Assembly (NCBI GenBank): GCA_951406725.2
Contig: OX597819.1
Coordinates: forward strand, 49,724,001 to 49,788,000
DNA: 64,000 nt
Origin: Octopus vulgaris
Lineage: Eukaryota
Direction of reading: 5' to 3'
Below, piece by piece: positions 50,675 through 64,000 of the stretch (positions are counted from its first letter, which is position 1; every line of letters starts with the position of its first letter). The position numbers and the translations under genes are program-made. Below the pieces are notes generated by a model that did not search any database, was not told the DNA's origin, and saw only the letters and a list, made by a program, of their open reading frames with translations.

Positions 50675-51774
50675 AAATTCATTGTGTTCTATTTGTATTA
50701 TATTGTAGACCAGTCGTCATCTGTTATTTTCTTTATATCTTGCTTTGTAATGCTACCACGAGACAGGTGGAGATTTACAAAAATAGTGAACATTAAAAAA
50801 CCCGATCAAAAGACTTTAAGTGTACGTTTGTGTGATACTGATTGTAAATCTTTCGTTCGTACAAATATGCTTTTCTATCAAGACAAGAAATTATAAATCA
50901 TTCTTGTTTCCTGTAAAAGTTGAGATCCAAAAACTCCACCTAGTTTTACACCACAACTTTCGAGTCAGTGAGAGATCCTTTATGTGTTCGCTCGACCTGC
51001 TAGAAATAGCAGCAAAATTTCGAACTAATTTCGCCCCATAGCCTGAAGGATACATTTGATGTTATAGTTCATTGTGCTTGACACCTGAAACCTAGAAGGG
51101 ATGGTCACGGCTGAATATCTTTGATCACAAGATCTGCTTGATCAGGGCAGGTCTGATGCTAAGCAGCATCAACCAGCTTGTACTATCAGTTACCTTTAGT
51201 GTAAGAACTCGTCCTAAAATCTGAAGTCCCTATCCTTGCATTATGCTCTTCCTTAGATATTGACTTGTATATATATTCAGGGTGGTGGTGAGAAGAGATG
51301 AAATTGAGGAGGTGAAGGTGTACATCTGTTTGGGACAGATAGTAAATTATATGCCGAGACATGAATGCTAAAGTCTCGCACGGTTTCATATATCTTTCAA
51401 ATGTGAGACAAAATTACGAATTGTTAATAAAATCGGCTTATTGGGGAGAAAGAGAGAGAGAGGGGGGAGAGAGAGAGAGATATTTCAAAAACTAGGGTTC
51501 ATAAGAAAATTCATTTAAAGAAAAGAAGCTCTTTATAACGATACAGTTGGGAATCGCTAACATACTTCTTTTGTTCATTCTGCTAAAAATGATAGCCAAA
51601 TCTCCCTCATATCACAGCCTTATTATGAATATAATTGGGGACATGAATCTTTTCGGTTGCTGTCATATATTTTTTTTTCCTTAATTTTGTTCTAATTATT
51701 TTCAAATTGGGTTATACCGATTTTGTTTGTTATGCTAATTATGAAGATGAAATTAATTCTTGCCATAAATTAGT

Positions 51775-52203
51775 AAATAAAAAGTCAATAGCTTATAAAG
51801 TTTGCAAATTTTGGGTAATTTTAGCCAATCGGAAGCCACCATTATACACATGGCCATAAATCTCACATTAGTGTCTGTTTCCATAGTAACAAGTAAAGCT
51901 GTAGTCTGCCTCATTTTCATAATAACAAGGGCGCTGTACATGCACCTCTGTGGAATTTCCACCACCACAACCACCACTGCAAGTTTTAACGAGAATCATT
52001 TTGTGACAGACAGATATCGAGCAGAAAATGCTGGCTTTCGAGTCTTGTTTTTTGATTGGCTAAAAATTATCACACTTTGAACTTTCGTAACATTTTTTTT
52101 TTCTGGGTCTGGATGAATTATCAATTCAGATTCAGCGTGAAAAATTACCTCAATATACCAAACTTGAAAATTTTCATGTAATTTTAAAATTTCCAAACCT
52201 GTG
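51775..52203. mobile_element. DNA-transposon remnant with internal inverted segments, ending in GTG (CAC-type terminus)
   Basis: AATTTTAGCCAATC (~51818) versus GATTGGCTAAAAATT (~52053); ends AAACCTGTG. Superfamily uncertain. Confidence 0.35.
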
Positions 52204-52263
52204 ACAGCCGCCGAGGAGATCCGATAATACTAGGTAATGAAGTCATAGATACATTATACCTGA

Positions 52264-52350
<87 letters not shown>

Positions 52351-52361
52351 TAATAATAATA

Positions 52362-52918
52362 TTGCCCTGATGCAGTACCAGGCAGTGGCTCTCATGGCTT
52401 CTGATCTTAACTGATTGGAAGTGTTATCATGTACATTGTTTTGTCTTGGTATAAAAGATGGGCTACAGCAAATATTCTGCTCAATACCACAGATTTGCTT
52501 GGCAGTTGTTTGACCTTAACCAGTTGAGCATGTCCTTTAGTGGCTGACGATATGTGCATCTCTGATCACGAGCAGAAGTAGTGGGGGAGCATCATAGCCA
52601 TGTGTTGAGAGGGATTCTTTGGGGTTTGAATAGTTCACCTCTGGAAACATGGGTGGTTCTTTCAACATCCTTAAACAACCCTTATTCAGGGACCTTTTGA
52701 GTGGGATGGGCTACTCAACCTGAAGAAAATTCTAACTGGGCCCCACCTGCAAGGTCATGCGCTGTTTATCTTGATATGAGATCACCATGTCGCGCACATA
52801 TGGTTGTGATGCATGTGCTTGGTGTACCCTTATCAGACGGGTAGTCATGATGGGTATATTGGGCTTCGTATATTTGTACCCCAGTGTCACTTTGATGGCA
52901 TGAACTGCTCTCTCACTC
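52362..52918 (+). mobile_element. Solo 3'UTR of the R4/Dong-like element between (TAA)n tracts
   Basis: Homologous to 53815-54267; both end CTCTCTCACTC-(AAT)n. Confidence 0.8.
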
Positions 52919-52950
<32 letters not shown>

Positions 52951-54267
52951 GCATGTCAGACAGATTGAAGAGAAACCCCTGCATGGCCAATATTCTGGAG
53001 AGACACTGAAGAAATATGTGGAACAAAATGCTGGGCTTGGTTGAAAAAGGGGCAATTGACAAAAGAAACAGAGAGCCTATTTTGTAGCAGCCTAAGATCA
53101 AGCGATAAAAACAAACAACTTGAGAAAAAATATATATGGAGAGAATGTGTGAGAAAAATGTAGAACCTGTGGAAGTTGGAACGAGACAGTGGCATAAATT
53201 GTGGAAGAACGTCCCAAGATGCCACAGAAAGAATATAAGAAATAGAGGCACGACCAGGTTGTAAAAGTTTTACACTGGAAACTGTGCCAAAAATGGGCAT
53301 TTGAAGCTGGAAACACATGCTACAATCATCGAGTCAAAAGAGTACTGGAGTCGGAGAAATGTAAGATTTTGAGAGACATTTCTGTTCAAACGGAAATAAT
53401 AGACCGGACATAATAACTATAGATAAGGAAAAGCGAAGTTGCTTGTTATCGACCCATCAAGCCCGTTTGATTCCAGGATGGCAAAGAAAGGACGAAAAAC
53501 AACAACAACATAAATACAATCTCTTAAAATTTGAAATAGGAAGAATTTGGAGCATGAGAACAGTAAAGGTTGTGCCTGTGATAATTGGTGCGTAGGGAAG
53601 AGTAAGCAAAAATATAGACAAATGGTTGAAGGAGATTGGAATAGAATGTCCGGTAGAGTTCCTACAGAAAGTTTGTCTCTTAGGAACAGCAAGGATTATC
53701 ATGAGGGTTATAAGCACCTGAAAGACAGCTGAAAACTTGTGGATACCTAAGGTTACATCTAGTACCCTTCCACACGCATAAATCCTGCCAAGATTAAGAC
53801 CAGTGCCTAGAACTCCGATGGCTTCTGATCTTAACTGATTCGAAGTGTTGTCATGTATATGGGCTTCAATAAATATTTTGTTCAATACCACAGATTTGCT
53901 TGTCAGGTGTTTGGCCATAACCAGTTGGGCATTTCCCTTGGTGGCTGATGATATGTGCATCTCTGATCACAAGAAGAAGTAGTTGGGTTTGAATAATTCA
54001 TTGGTGCTTCGTTCAACACACTTAAACAACATTTATTCAGTGACCTTTTGAGCGGATGGGCTACTTGACCTGAAGAAAATTCCTATTGGGCTTCACATGC
54101 AAGGTTATACACTGTTTATCTTGATATGAGATCACCATGTCGTGCACATATCTTTCTGATGCATTTGCCTGGCGCACCCTTATCAGACGAGTAATCATGA
54201 TGGATATACTGGGCTTCGTATATTTTACCCCAGTGTCTGTTTGATGGCATACGCCGCTCTCTCACTC
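52951..54267 (+). mobile_element. R4/Dong-like RLE non-LTR retrotransposon, 5'-truncated, in (TAA)n
   Basis: KETESL..QAIKTN, CRTCG..ETV, RHDQVVKVLHWKLC, NRPDI, VKVVPVIIGA*G, LQKVCLLGTARII (zinc knuckle plus RLE), followed by a ~550-bp 3'UTR. Confidence 0.8.
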
Positions 54268-54331
<64 letters not shown>

Positions 54332-54339
<8 letters not shown>

Positions 54340-54910
54340 TTTTCTACTCTAGGCACAAGGCCCGAAATTTTGGAGGATGTGGCCAGTCGGTTAGATCGAC
54401 ACCAGTACATAACCCCGAAAGGATGAAAGGCAAAGTTGACCTCGGCGGAATTTGAACGCAGAACGTAACGGCAGACGAAATACAGCTGAGCATTTCGCCC
54501 GGCATGCAAACGTTTCTTATTTCTTTATTGCCCACAAGGGGTTAACATAGAGGGGACAAACAAGGACAGACAAACGGATTAAGTCGATTATATCAACCCC
54601 AGTGCGTAACTGGTACGAAAGGATGAAAGGCAAAGTCGACCTTAGCGGAATTTGAACTCAGAACGTAGCGGCAGACGAAATACCTATTTCTTTACTACCC
54701 ACAAGGGGCTAAACACAGGGAGGAGAAACAAAGACAGAGACACGGATTAAGTCGATTACATCGACCCCAGTGCGTAACTGGTACTTATTTAATCGACCCC
54801 GAAAGGATGAAAGGCAAAATCGACCTCGGCGGAATTTGAACTCAGAACGTAGCGGCAGACGAAATACGGCTACGCATTTCGCCCGGCCTGCTAACGATTC
54901 TGCCAGCTCG
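54332..54910 (-). mobile_element. Three-unit family-A SINE array
   Basis: Reverse complements of the family-A core at ~54420, ~54620 and ~54805; head at ~54910. Confidence 0.9.
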
Positions 54911-55285
54911 CAGAATAATAATGGTGGCGGCTGGAAAGGTTTTATTCATGGATCTAAACAGGGCTACAACAATCTGTTTACAACTAAATTGACTGAATTT
55001 AAAGCCAAGTGTTTTCTCTGTGAAATACTGCACAAGACCGGTTTCAGAACACGAACCAGCGGTTCGTCGACCAGATACAAGACACCCTATGAACTCGGCC
55101 TAGTGTGACTATCTTTGATCAAATAAATCTTAACTATCAACCTCTGGCGGCATTTTTGAACTGAGTAACTGAGAACTGTCAGATAGACATCTTAGTTTGT
55201 ATATTTATCATCTTTGCCACCTCCGCTGGCCATGTCGACAGCGACATGCAAAATATAGACACACACACACACACGCGCGCGCATT

Positions 55286-55379
55286 CCCTCTCTCTGTATT
55301 TCTCTCTCCTTCCCTTCTGTCTCTTCCCCTCTTGCTCTCTCCCTCTCACTTGCTCTCTCTCTTGCTCTCTCCCTCTCTT

Positions 55380-55434
<55 letters not shown>

Positions 55435-55640
55435 CTCTCTCATCTCTCTCTCTCTCTCTTGCTCTCTCTCTCTCTTACTCTCTCTCTCTGCTCTCTCTCT
55501 CTGCTCTCTCTCTCTCTGCTCTCTCTCTCTTGCTCTCTCTCTCTCTTTTGTTGCCCTCTCCTTCATCCTTTCTACCTCTCTCTTTCTCTCTCTGTTCCCA
55601 TCTTCCGTTCTACGTCTCTCTCTCTCTCTCTCTCTTTCTA
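55286..55640. repeat. (CT)n-rich polypyrimidine tract (with a GA-rich tract at 56800-57365)
   Basis: Direct reading. Confidence 0.9.
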
Positions 55641-56632
55641 TCCTGTCTCCCTCACTTTCTCCCGCTACCACACTATCTCTATCCCTGTCCGTCTGTCTGC
55701 TTGTCTGTCAACCCCGTTCTCCTCTCCGTCCCCAACCCTTCTCCCCCCCCCTCTTCCCGTCTCTCAGTATCAGAGAATTTGCAAGTTGGATGGAATCAAT
55801 ATAAGTTACCAGTAGTACAACCAATACATCTGGTGACGTCATTTGTGTGTGTTATCCTCTCATGGCCGACAACATGAGAGAAAACGGCTGCAGGGTGAAT
55901 AGAAGGAAATGAAGAAGCAATGTAAATATGCAAATATATAAATAAATAAAAAAACAATAAAAAGAAAGAGAGAGATAGAGATAGAGAGAGAGAAAGAGTA
56001 AGAGGCTGAAATAAGAGAAGACAAGGAGGAAAAGATGAGAAGAAGAGTTGATATTGAACAGCAAGAATAGCGAACAAAAGCGAGAATAGCTACGAAATAT
56101 TCATCCTTGCGATTTAATTTGAAAATTGAACGAGCGTTCGGGCAGAAAATTGTTCTTCGTTTTCTTTATTCTAATTCCTTTTGCTCTCTGCGGTTAGTTG
56201 GACAGATTCGACAGAGTTTGGTGATGATCGGAAAAGAAAAGAAAGGAGTGGTTGTGTGTGCGTGTGTGTGTGTGTGGGGGGCTCATTCACTTCAATGTGT
56301 GTGTGTGTGTGTGTGTGTGTATTTGTAGATGTTGGGGACTTCGGATTCATATTTGTGTGTTGGTGGGGCAAGTATTTATGTATGTACGTACGTACGTATG
56401 TACGTATGTATGTATGTATGTATGTATGTATGTATGTATGTATGTATGTATGTATGTATGTATGTGTGTGTGTGTGTATGTATGTATGGGCTCGCGTGAG
56501 CTTGTGTGCTTGTGAGTTTCAGGTATATACCTGTTTATGGGGGTGGGGGTGGAGAATGTACATGTGTGTATGTATGCGTTTGTGTACACATGTGTATATG
56601 TGTGTGCGTGTGTGTGTCTGTGTATGAGTGTA

Positions 56633-56692
<60 letters not shown>

Positions 56693-56918
56693 ATTCTGAG
56701 TTCGGGGATAGAGGTATTCGATAAGGAGGTTCAAATGAAGAAATGAAGTCGAATACGATATTCTCACAGGAGCGATGATGGACGGAGATTGACGGAGAGA
56801 AAGAATGTAAGAGAGGAAAATAAGAGAGAGGGAGGGAGGGAGAGTTAAAGGGAGAAGGAAAAGAAGAAAAGGAATTTGAAAAATAAAAAGCAGTGGGGAA
56901 GAAAAAGAGAATTTGAGC

Positions 56919-56949
<31 letters not shown>

Positions 56950-57158
56950 ATGAGAGTTAAAGAGAGAAGGAAAAGAGGAAAAGGAATTTGAAAAATAAAA
57001 AGCAGAGGAGAAGAGAAAGAGAATTTGAGAGAGGGAGAGAGAGAGAGAGAGAGAAGGAGAGTTAAAGGGAGAAGTGAAAGATGAAACGGAATGGGGAAAA
57101 TAAAAAGCGGGGGAAAAGAGAGAGAGAATTTGAGAGAGAAAGAGAGAGACAGAGAGAA

Positions 57159-57189
<31 letters not shown>

Positions 57190-57330
57190 GAAAAAGAAAA
57201 AGAGAGAGAGAGAGAGAGAGAAAGAAAGATCAGATGCGAAAAGAGATGGAGAAGTGGCAATGTATTTTGGATTAAAAATATGATGATAGAATCAGGAGAA
57301 AGAGGGGGTTGTGACAAAGAGAAAGAGAGA

Positions 57331-57366
<36 letters not shown>

Positions 57367-57551
57367 ATGGATAACGATGCCAAAACTGTGATTGGAAATT
57401 AGAGGAAAGACGGAGTTTTAAGTGAGATATAAGTATGTGTTGATATGTTTAAATATATTTTTTAAATGTGTATTTAAATATTTGTTTTTGTATACATACA
57501 CAGAAATATGCGCATACATTCTTGATATATGTGTATCTATCATTCTCTCTG

Positions 57552-57602
<51 letters not shown>

Positions 57603-57615
57603 GTCTGTCTATCTA

Positions 57616-57665
<50 letters not shown>

Positions 57666-57857
57666 ACCGTTTAATTCGAATCCATACATATATACTTACA
57701 TACATGCATACATACATGCATACATACATACATACATACATACATACATACGTTCATGCATACATACAGACATTCATGCATACATACATATATACATACA
57801 TACATACATACATACATATTGTACGTATATATATATAGATATATATATATATATATA

Positions 57858-58040
57858 CTTTCATTTGTTTCAGTCACACACACGCACACACACACACAAA
57901 CAAACATATATATATACGACAGGCTTCATTCCACAGGGCTTTGGTCGGCCCGCGGCTATAGTAGAAGACACTTGCCCAAGGTGCCACGCTCCGGTACTGA
58001 ACCCGGAACCATGTGGTTGGTAAGAAAGCTACTTAACACA
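57858..58040 (-). mobile_element. Family-B SINE with internal deletions
   Basis: TTGTTTCAGTCA tail stub, microsatellite, GGCTATAGTAGAAGACACTTGCCCAAGGTGCC core. Confidence 0.8.
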
Positions 58041-58321
58041 AACGGTCGTTGGTTGTAAGCCTGTGCAAACAATATGATATATGATATGTTATTGTCTGCA
58101 TGTATGTGTGTGTGTGTGCGTGTGTGTGTGTGTGTGCGTGTGTGTGTGTGTGTGTGTGTACCAAATTTCGTGCTCCATTTTTCATAATCGTTTCAAGATC
58201 GGCAACAAGAAACTTGGAATAAAAATATTTTTGTAAAGCGGTTGCTACTTTCAACATGTCATAAGACTCTGCTTTCATATGCATATGCATGTATGTATGT
58301 TTGTGGGTATATATATATATA

Positions 58322-59417
58322 TCTTTATATATATAAAACTGAGACAGTGTGTGTCTGTCTGTCTGTGTGTTTCCCTAAAACTTGAGAACTTTTTGAACTT
58401 TTTGCCTAGGGCGAGCCTACAGCAATATCATATCTTCTCCACTACGATTCCCTAAAACTTCAGAACTACACAACCAATTCCATTCAAATTTTACACATGC
58501 CTTACTTAGAGTCCATGTAGTTACATGGGCAAAAAAAAATGTTCAACTTCTTGCCTAGAGCGAGCCCATAGCAATATCATATCTTCTCCACTATTTCAGT
58601 ATTACGTGTTAAAAGTGAAACAAAAACATTTCTCTATTATATGTCAGATACTTTCACTTTAACAATAAAAATAACAATAACAATTGAATTATATGTAGTA
58701 AGTAATAATTAAAATCAAACTAAAGTAACATGACAAAAGTAAAAATAACAATTGGTATAAAATTGCATCAATGATTTGAACTTGAATAAGTGGTTTCGCA
58801 TGAATGGGAATAAATTAAAAATAAAATTAGCGTGCAGAAATGGAATAGTCCAGATGGATAATAAAAAATTAAATTAAAGAAAAGACTATTGTCTATAAAG
58901 TATACAATGTAGAGAAAAAAGAAGATTTGAACACACGGAGGAAAGCACCTTCGAAAAGTGTCTTGATGCGACTATGAAAGGTATCTAATCAGAGGCGGTA
59001 AATTCGCCACAATAGAAGCAAGGTTCGAGTCAACGGAGCGTGCAAGGGAGTACTCGACTCGAACTTGCAAAGTGGAAATATTTTACTTTTACCTTTATAC
59101 CTGGGACGTAGGACGTCCCGGGAAAAAATTTTAAATGTCCCCCACCCCCCACCCCGAAGTAGAGATAGGCTGGATTGTAGCCACACTTCTATACAAGAGT
59201 GAGAACAAGATACAATTGATCGAAATTACAAGAGACTGGCTAACAATTCCAGTCTGTTATATATTTTGAGTATTGTTATCATTAGCGATATCAAGATATA
59301 ACTTTGTATTTTGTATTTTATGTGTAGATGTATATATATAGATGTACATGTAATATATATACACATATATACATGCACTAGCACTATGACCCGGCAACGA
59401 CGGGTCTTTAATGCTAG
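58322..59417 (+). mobile_element. Complete non-autonomous Helitron
   Basis: A|TC 5' end; subterminal hairpin GACCCG-gcaacga-CGGGTC (59388-59406); 3' CTAG|T; no TSD. Confidence 0.88.
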
Positions 59418-59707
59418 TATATATGGTATTTTTATATACGCTTAAAGCTTATGGCGATCACCGTGCAATTACTAATGAAAATAGTCTAATAAAGGGGCAT
59501 ATAATCCATCTTCAGAAAAAGAAGGCTTTCCTATCTGACACACACATGTTTATGCATATATGTTCATATACATACATCCATATATATATGTATCTATATA
59601 AACTTTTTTTATTTTTTTGTAATATTTCAGGATGGTCATTTTTTTTTGCCAAATAAAGACGCACACACACTCACTTCTTTATTACTGTTCTTATTTTATG
59701 TCCATTG

Positions 59708-59750
59708 TCTGGAAATCCTTCGTCACACACCTGTGACCTCTTCAGCGACT
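59708..59750 (-). ncRNA. Degenerate hammerhead-like motif
   Basis: Minus: CTGAAGA-G-GTCAC-aggtgt-GTGAC-GAAGG (GAAA mutated). Confidence 0.3.
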
Positions 59751-59998
59751 TTCCATCCCACATAAACAAGTAAAAACAGAATATATAGCGCGTTTGTTTA
59801 TTTTGCAAGAAAAAAAAAGACTGTCGCGAAATATAACAATATTTCACCACACGATTTCAAATCAGGGATCATGCAAAACAAATTCATAAACCTAATATTT
59901 TGTTATAATTTCATTTTTATATGCTTTTAAAGCTATTTTTGCGATTTTGTAATGAATATCTTTCCATGTATATTGTTTTATATATTTTAGAAGAATAC

Positions 59999-60587
59999 GG
60001 TCATTCGGAATGCTCACAGCAGCCATATTCCTACCACTCTATGTCACGCTGGTGAGACCCATATTGGAGTACGGGATTCAAGCCTCTTCTCCTTATCTCC
60101 TCAAAGACATACAGCATCTCGAAAGAGTCCAGAAGCTGGCTACCCGCATGGTTCTTGGTCTCAAGAATTTGTCTTATAAAGAAAGGCTGAAGACGCTCGA
60201 CCTTTATTCTCTAGAAAAACGACGACGCCGTGGAGATCTCATTCTCGCCCACAACATCATAAGCGGAAAGTGTAACCTCTCGAAAGAGCTGTTCTTCACT
60301 CCTGCTCCAGAGCGTCGGCTGCGGGGTCATTCCGAAAAGCTCTACCTGCGACGATTTCATCTCAATCGAAGGAGAGGAGCTTTCTCCGTCCGGGTTGCGG
60401 ATCCGTGGAACAAGCTGCCAGACGAGATGGTGAAGATGCCGACGACCGCTTTGTTCAAAGCCTCCTTGAACTCCAGTGGCCTGAACTCTTTACTTGAACA
60501 CCACCCTGTACTTAACTCCATGTCCCCCTACATGGCCTTGCTATTTGCTTTTGAGCCAAATTAACTAACTAACTAACTAACTAACTA
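59999..60587 (+). mobile_element. Second young CR1-like LINE copy, 5'-truncated, (AACT)n tail
   Basis: Nearly identical to 27879-28461; 1-nt indel near the ORF end changes the C-terminus. Confidence 0.92.
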
Positions 60588-61024
60588 AAAAAGGTTGAGA
60601 ATCTTCATTGTTCTAAGAATGACCTTAACAGTAATCCTGCTCAATTTCCCAGGCATGCTTGGTTCAATAGCTCAAAGTGGTGTGTCAAACTAGTTGTATG
60701 ACCATCAAGCCCGTTGGCCAGTTATACTGGAATCATTGAGCCAACCGGGGCAAGGAACTGGGATCTGAAGGAGTTCAATATAGGTTGTGGGGAGGCTCAG
60801 ATGCGAGCGACGGATACTGAAAGGGTGATAAGGTGTACATAAAAAACTCAACTGAGCTCAACTCACCGCTGTTTTTAGCTGGTATATATTTATGGAGAAA
60901 TCACTTTTGGTAGACCCTACACATGCGCGCGCACACCCACACACATATACATATACACGTACGCACACACACGCACACACTCACATACATATATACACAC
61001 ATACACACATCAAAAGTTCAAAAG

Positions 61025-61272
61025 TACGTCCCGAGCCATAGGTTCATAGGGCCAGTTTCCCAGATTCTGCAGGTTTCCCGGATTCTGTATATATTTTCCC
61101 AGCTGGACGGTCAGATGCCGGACTACTCATTTTTACCAGCTGATTGGACTGGAGCAACGTGAAATGAAGTGTTTTGGTCTAAAACACAACATGTCACCCG
61201 ATTCAAAAATCGAAACCACATTCTTACAACTATAAGAGTGCAACATCCTAGCCAATAAGCCACCGGCCTCCA
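61025..61272 (-). mobile_element. Family-C-related SINE with a different 3' tail
   Basis: Shares head and TTTCACGTTGCTCCAGTCCAATCAGCTGGTAAAAATGAGTAG with 11963-12287. Confidence 0.7.
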
Positions 61273-61368
61273 CTCACACATGTATGTATGTATGTATGTA
61301 TGTATGTATGTATGTATGTATGTATGTATGTATGTATGTATGTATGTATAAGATATATATATGTGTCG

Positions 61369-61759
61369 AAGGCGGCGAGCTGGCAGAAACGTTAGCACGC
61401 CAGGCGAAATGCTTTGCGGTATTTCGTCCGTCGTGACCGTCTGAGTTCAAATTCCGCCGAGGTCGATTTTGCCTTTCATCCTTTCGGGGTCGATTAAATA
61501 AGTACCAGTTACGCACTGGGGTCAATATAATCGACTTAATCCGTTTGTCTGTCCTTGTTTGTCCCCTCTGTGTTTAGCCCCTTGTGGGTAGTAAAGAAAT
61601 AGGTATTTCGTCCGCCGCTGCGTTCTGAGTTCAAATTCCGCCGAGGTCGACTTTGCCTTTCATCCTTTCGGGGTCGATAAATTAAGAACCAGTTACGCAC
61701 TGGGGTCGGTTTGTCTGTCCTTGTTTGTCCCCTCTGTGTTTAGCCCCTTGTGGGTAGTA
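61369..61759 (+). mobile_element. Family-A SINE dimer (full unit plus head-less unit)
   Basis: Junction AAAGAAATA|GGTATTTCG at ~61601. Confidence 0.92.
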
Positions 61760-62719
61760 TATATATATATGTGTGTGTGTGTGTGTGCGTGCGTGTGTGC
61801 GTATGTTTGTATGTAACTATATGTGTATGTTTGTATTCGGTCTCTGGACATCATTTCATGATGTTGATACGTTTTACCCTCACGAAACTTTAAATTTTGT
61901 GGACCTAAGCCAATCTGTTATTAAATTATATTTATATGTAAATTATATTTACATGTATGCGCACGCATACATATGTATATGTCATATTGTATGGCGGTAA
62001 TAATATGTGTATGCTTATAAGGTGTGTTGTGTTTATATTATGAGGATGTAGAAAATGATGAAGACAGGTAACAATGAACGCAGAAATATAGAGAAAATCG
62101 GAAAAGAAAGAAAGAAAAAAGAAAGAGAGAGAGAAAGAAAGGAAATAAGAAAGATAGAAAGACATGTATATTGAAAGAGATTGGGAACTCGGTAAGAAGC
62201 CATGAGAAATAATGTGTTACGAAGGGAGATAATTTACATGTGACACAAGATATTAGATTAGTAAAAAGAACAAAACGAGAAAACGAAAATACCCAAAACA
62301 AACAAAAAATTTACTAAATAGAAAAAAAAAATAAACAAAAAAAAAAAGCAAAAACGAAACAAACAATAATATCTAGTTCTATTGTGTCACACTTGAGGTG
62401 ACTCATCATAAACGTTACTTCGTCTGAGATTAGTTTTTGGTGAAGCAGAGAGTGAATAAGAAAGAAAAAAAAAACACAAAAAAAAAACCCCGAAAAAAAA
62501 ACAAAACAAAAACATGATAATGATGAGAAAAGAAGTTCTGGTTGTGTGTGTGTGTGTGTGTGTGGGGTGGGGGGTGGGGGGAGATACGGCGAGTGTGTAT
62601 GGTGAGCTGTTGGATTTCGTGGTGTTGATGTTGAACGTTGAAGAGACAAGAACAGGAACAAGTACAAGAACAATAATAGCAACAACAACAATCGGAAACA
62701 CTTGCAGTAATAGTTTGAG

Positions 62720-62739
62720 GTAATTGTCACAAAAGAAGC

Positions 62740-62790
<51 letters not shown>

Positions 62791-62791
62791 A

Positions 62792-62851
<60 letters not shown>

Positions 62852-62996
62852 TGGTAGTGGTGGTGGTCGTGGTGGTGGTGGTGGTCGTGGTGGTGGTCGT
62901 GGTCGTGGTGGTGGTCGTCGTCGTCGTGGCGGCTGCGGTGGTGGTGGTGGTGGTGGTGGTGGTGGTGATGATGATGATGATGATGATGGTGATGGT
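62720..62996. repeat. (TAG)/(GGT)/(GAT) compound trinucleotide repeat
   Basis: Direct reading. Confidence 0.95.
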
Positions 62997-63339
62997 TATA
63001 AAAACAAAAACAAAAAAACGAATAATGAAAGACAAACAAAACCAAACATGAATCAGTGGGAGTTTGAGAAAGGACCAAGGAACAACCAAAGACAAAGCCT
63101 TCACCTGGTGGCTCTAGAAATAGCAGCCAACACTCACTCGATTCACACCATCTTCATTCTTATATTATCAAAGATGCCTCTACCTTGTTGCTGAGCTTGC
63201 TAGAAAAAGCTGCTAATTCTCCCACAAGTTATACACTGCTATCTTGAAATACAACCAAATACCAAGTTAACTGACCAGCTATGACCATCCAACAAGAATG
63301 ACTCGCATATATACAATACATACCTTTTCTTTTGGTGCT

Positions 63340-63772
63340 CGTTTCAGTCATTGGACAGCGGCCATGCTGGGGCACCGCCTAGAGCCATTTTAGTCAAGCG
63401 AATCGCCTCCAGTACATTTTTGTTTTCAAGTCTCGTACTCATTCTATCAGTCTCTTTGGCCGAACCGCCAAGTTACGTGACGAGAACTCGCCAATACTGA
63501 TTATCAATGCACAGACACACATACACACACACACACGTACACACACACACACACACACGTACACACACACATGTACACACACACACATACACATGTGTAT
63601 ATACACGAGCGGCTTCTTTCATTTTCCGTCCAGCAAATCTTATACCAAATCCACTCACGAGATCAGTCCGAAGATATAGTAGAAAACCCTTGCCCAGGGT
63701 GTCACGTTGTGGGACTGAACCCAGAACAGTGTGTTTGGGAAGCAAACTCCTTACCACAGCCACACTTGCGTT
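63340..63772 (-). mobile_element. Family-B SINE, full length, with (CA)n tract
   Basis: Tail GTTTCAGTCATTGGACAGCGGCCATGCTGG, (CA)n, core and head ..CTTACCACAGCCACACTTGCG. Confidence 0.85.
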
Positions 63773-63886
63773 TATAAATAAAAAAAAAATTATAAACTTG
63801 GAAACTATACATCTACCACAAACCGGATGTAGTGGAATCGTGTTGGTGACTAAGTCGCAGTTGGTACACAATTTTAACATCAAATA

Positions 63887-64000
63887 CGAGGGTTAACTGA
63901 AAACTTTATAAGCTGACCAAGGGATGTGATCAAACGGGGTTTATTTTTCAACATAGTTCCCCCTGCGGTCCACACACTTCTTCTATCGGTGTTGCGATGC
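63887..64000. mobile_element. Left end of a mariner-like element (runs off the window)
   Basis: TA|CGAGGG..TGAAAA terminus and TTTATTTTTCAACATAGT subterminal motif typical of mariner-type elements. Confidence 0.5.

Noticed and set aside
60680-60921. Possible small solo LTR
   Set aside because: TG..CA ends are plausible, but no TSD, inverted termini or second copy were found.
62724-63194. Ser/Gly/Arg-rich (RGG-like) ORF
   Set aside because: Compound trinucleotide microsatellite.

Overview
AT-rich, repeat-saturated eukaryotic DNA with no intact protein-coding gene; almost all supplied ORFs are microsatellite or SINE read-throughs. The tRNA-derived SINE families and very long (TA)n/(CA)n/(TATG)n/(TAA)n tracts resemble cephalopod (Octopus-like) intronic or intergenic DNA; this is an inference from recalled repeat sequences, not a database result. 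Recognisable contents are three tRNA-SINE families (about 30 copies, some in arrays); LINE remnants of CR1-like, RTE-like, R4/Dong-like and HERO-like types; Penelope-like (PLE) fragments; a Gypsy 3' LTR with PPT; a complete non-autonomous Helitron plus a PIF1-helicase fragment; and pogo-, hAT- and mariner-type MITEs. The most interesting signal is a set of minimal hammerhead-ribozyme (HHR) motifs in several unrelated repeats. These include a TSD-flanked, head-to-head palindromic element joining a tRNA-like Pol III head to an HHR (two copies) and two HHRs with the compensatory U3-A8 core. An RTE insertion shows a twin-priming-type 5' inversion. Clade names come from recalled motifs and need confirmation.
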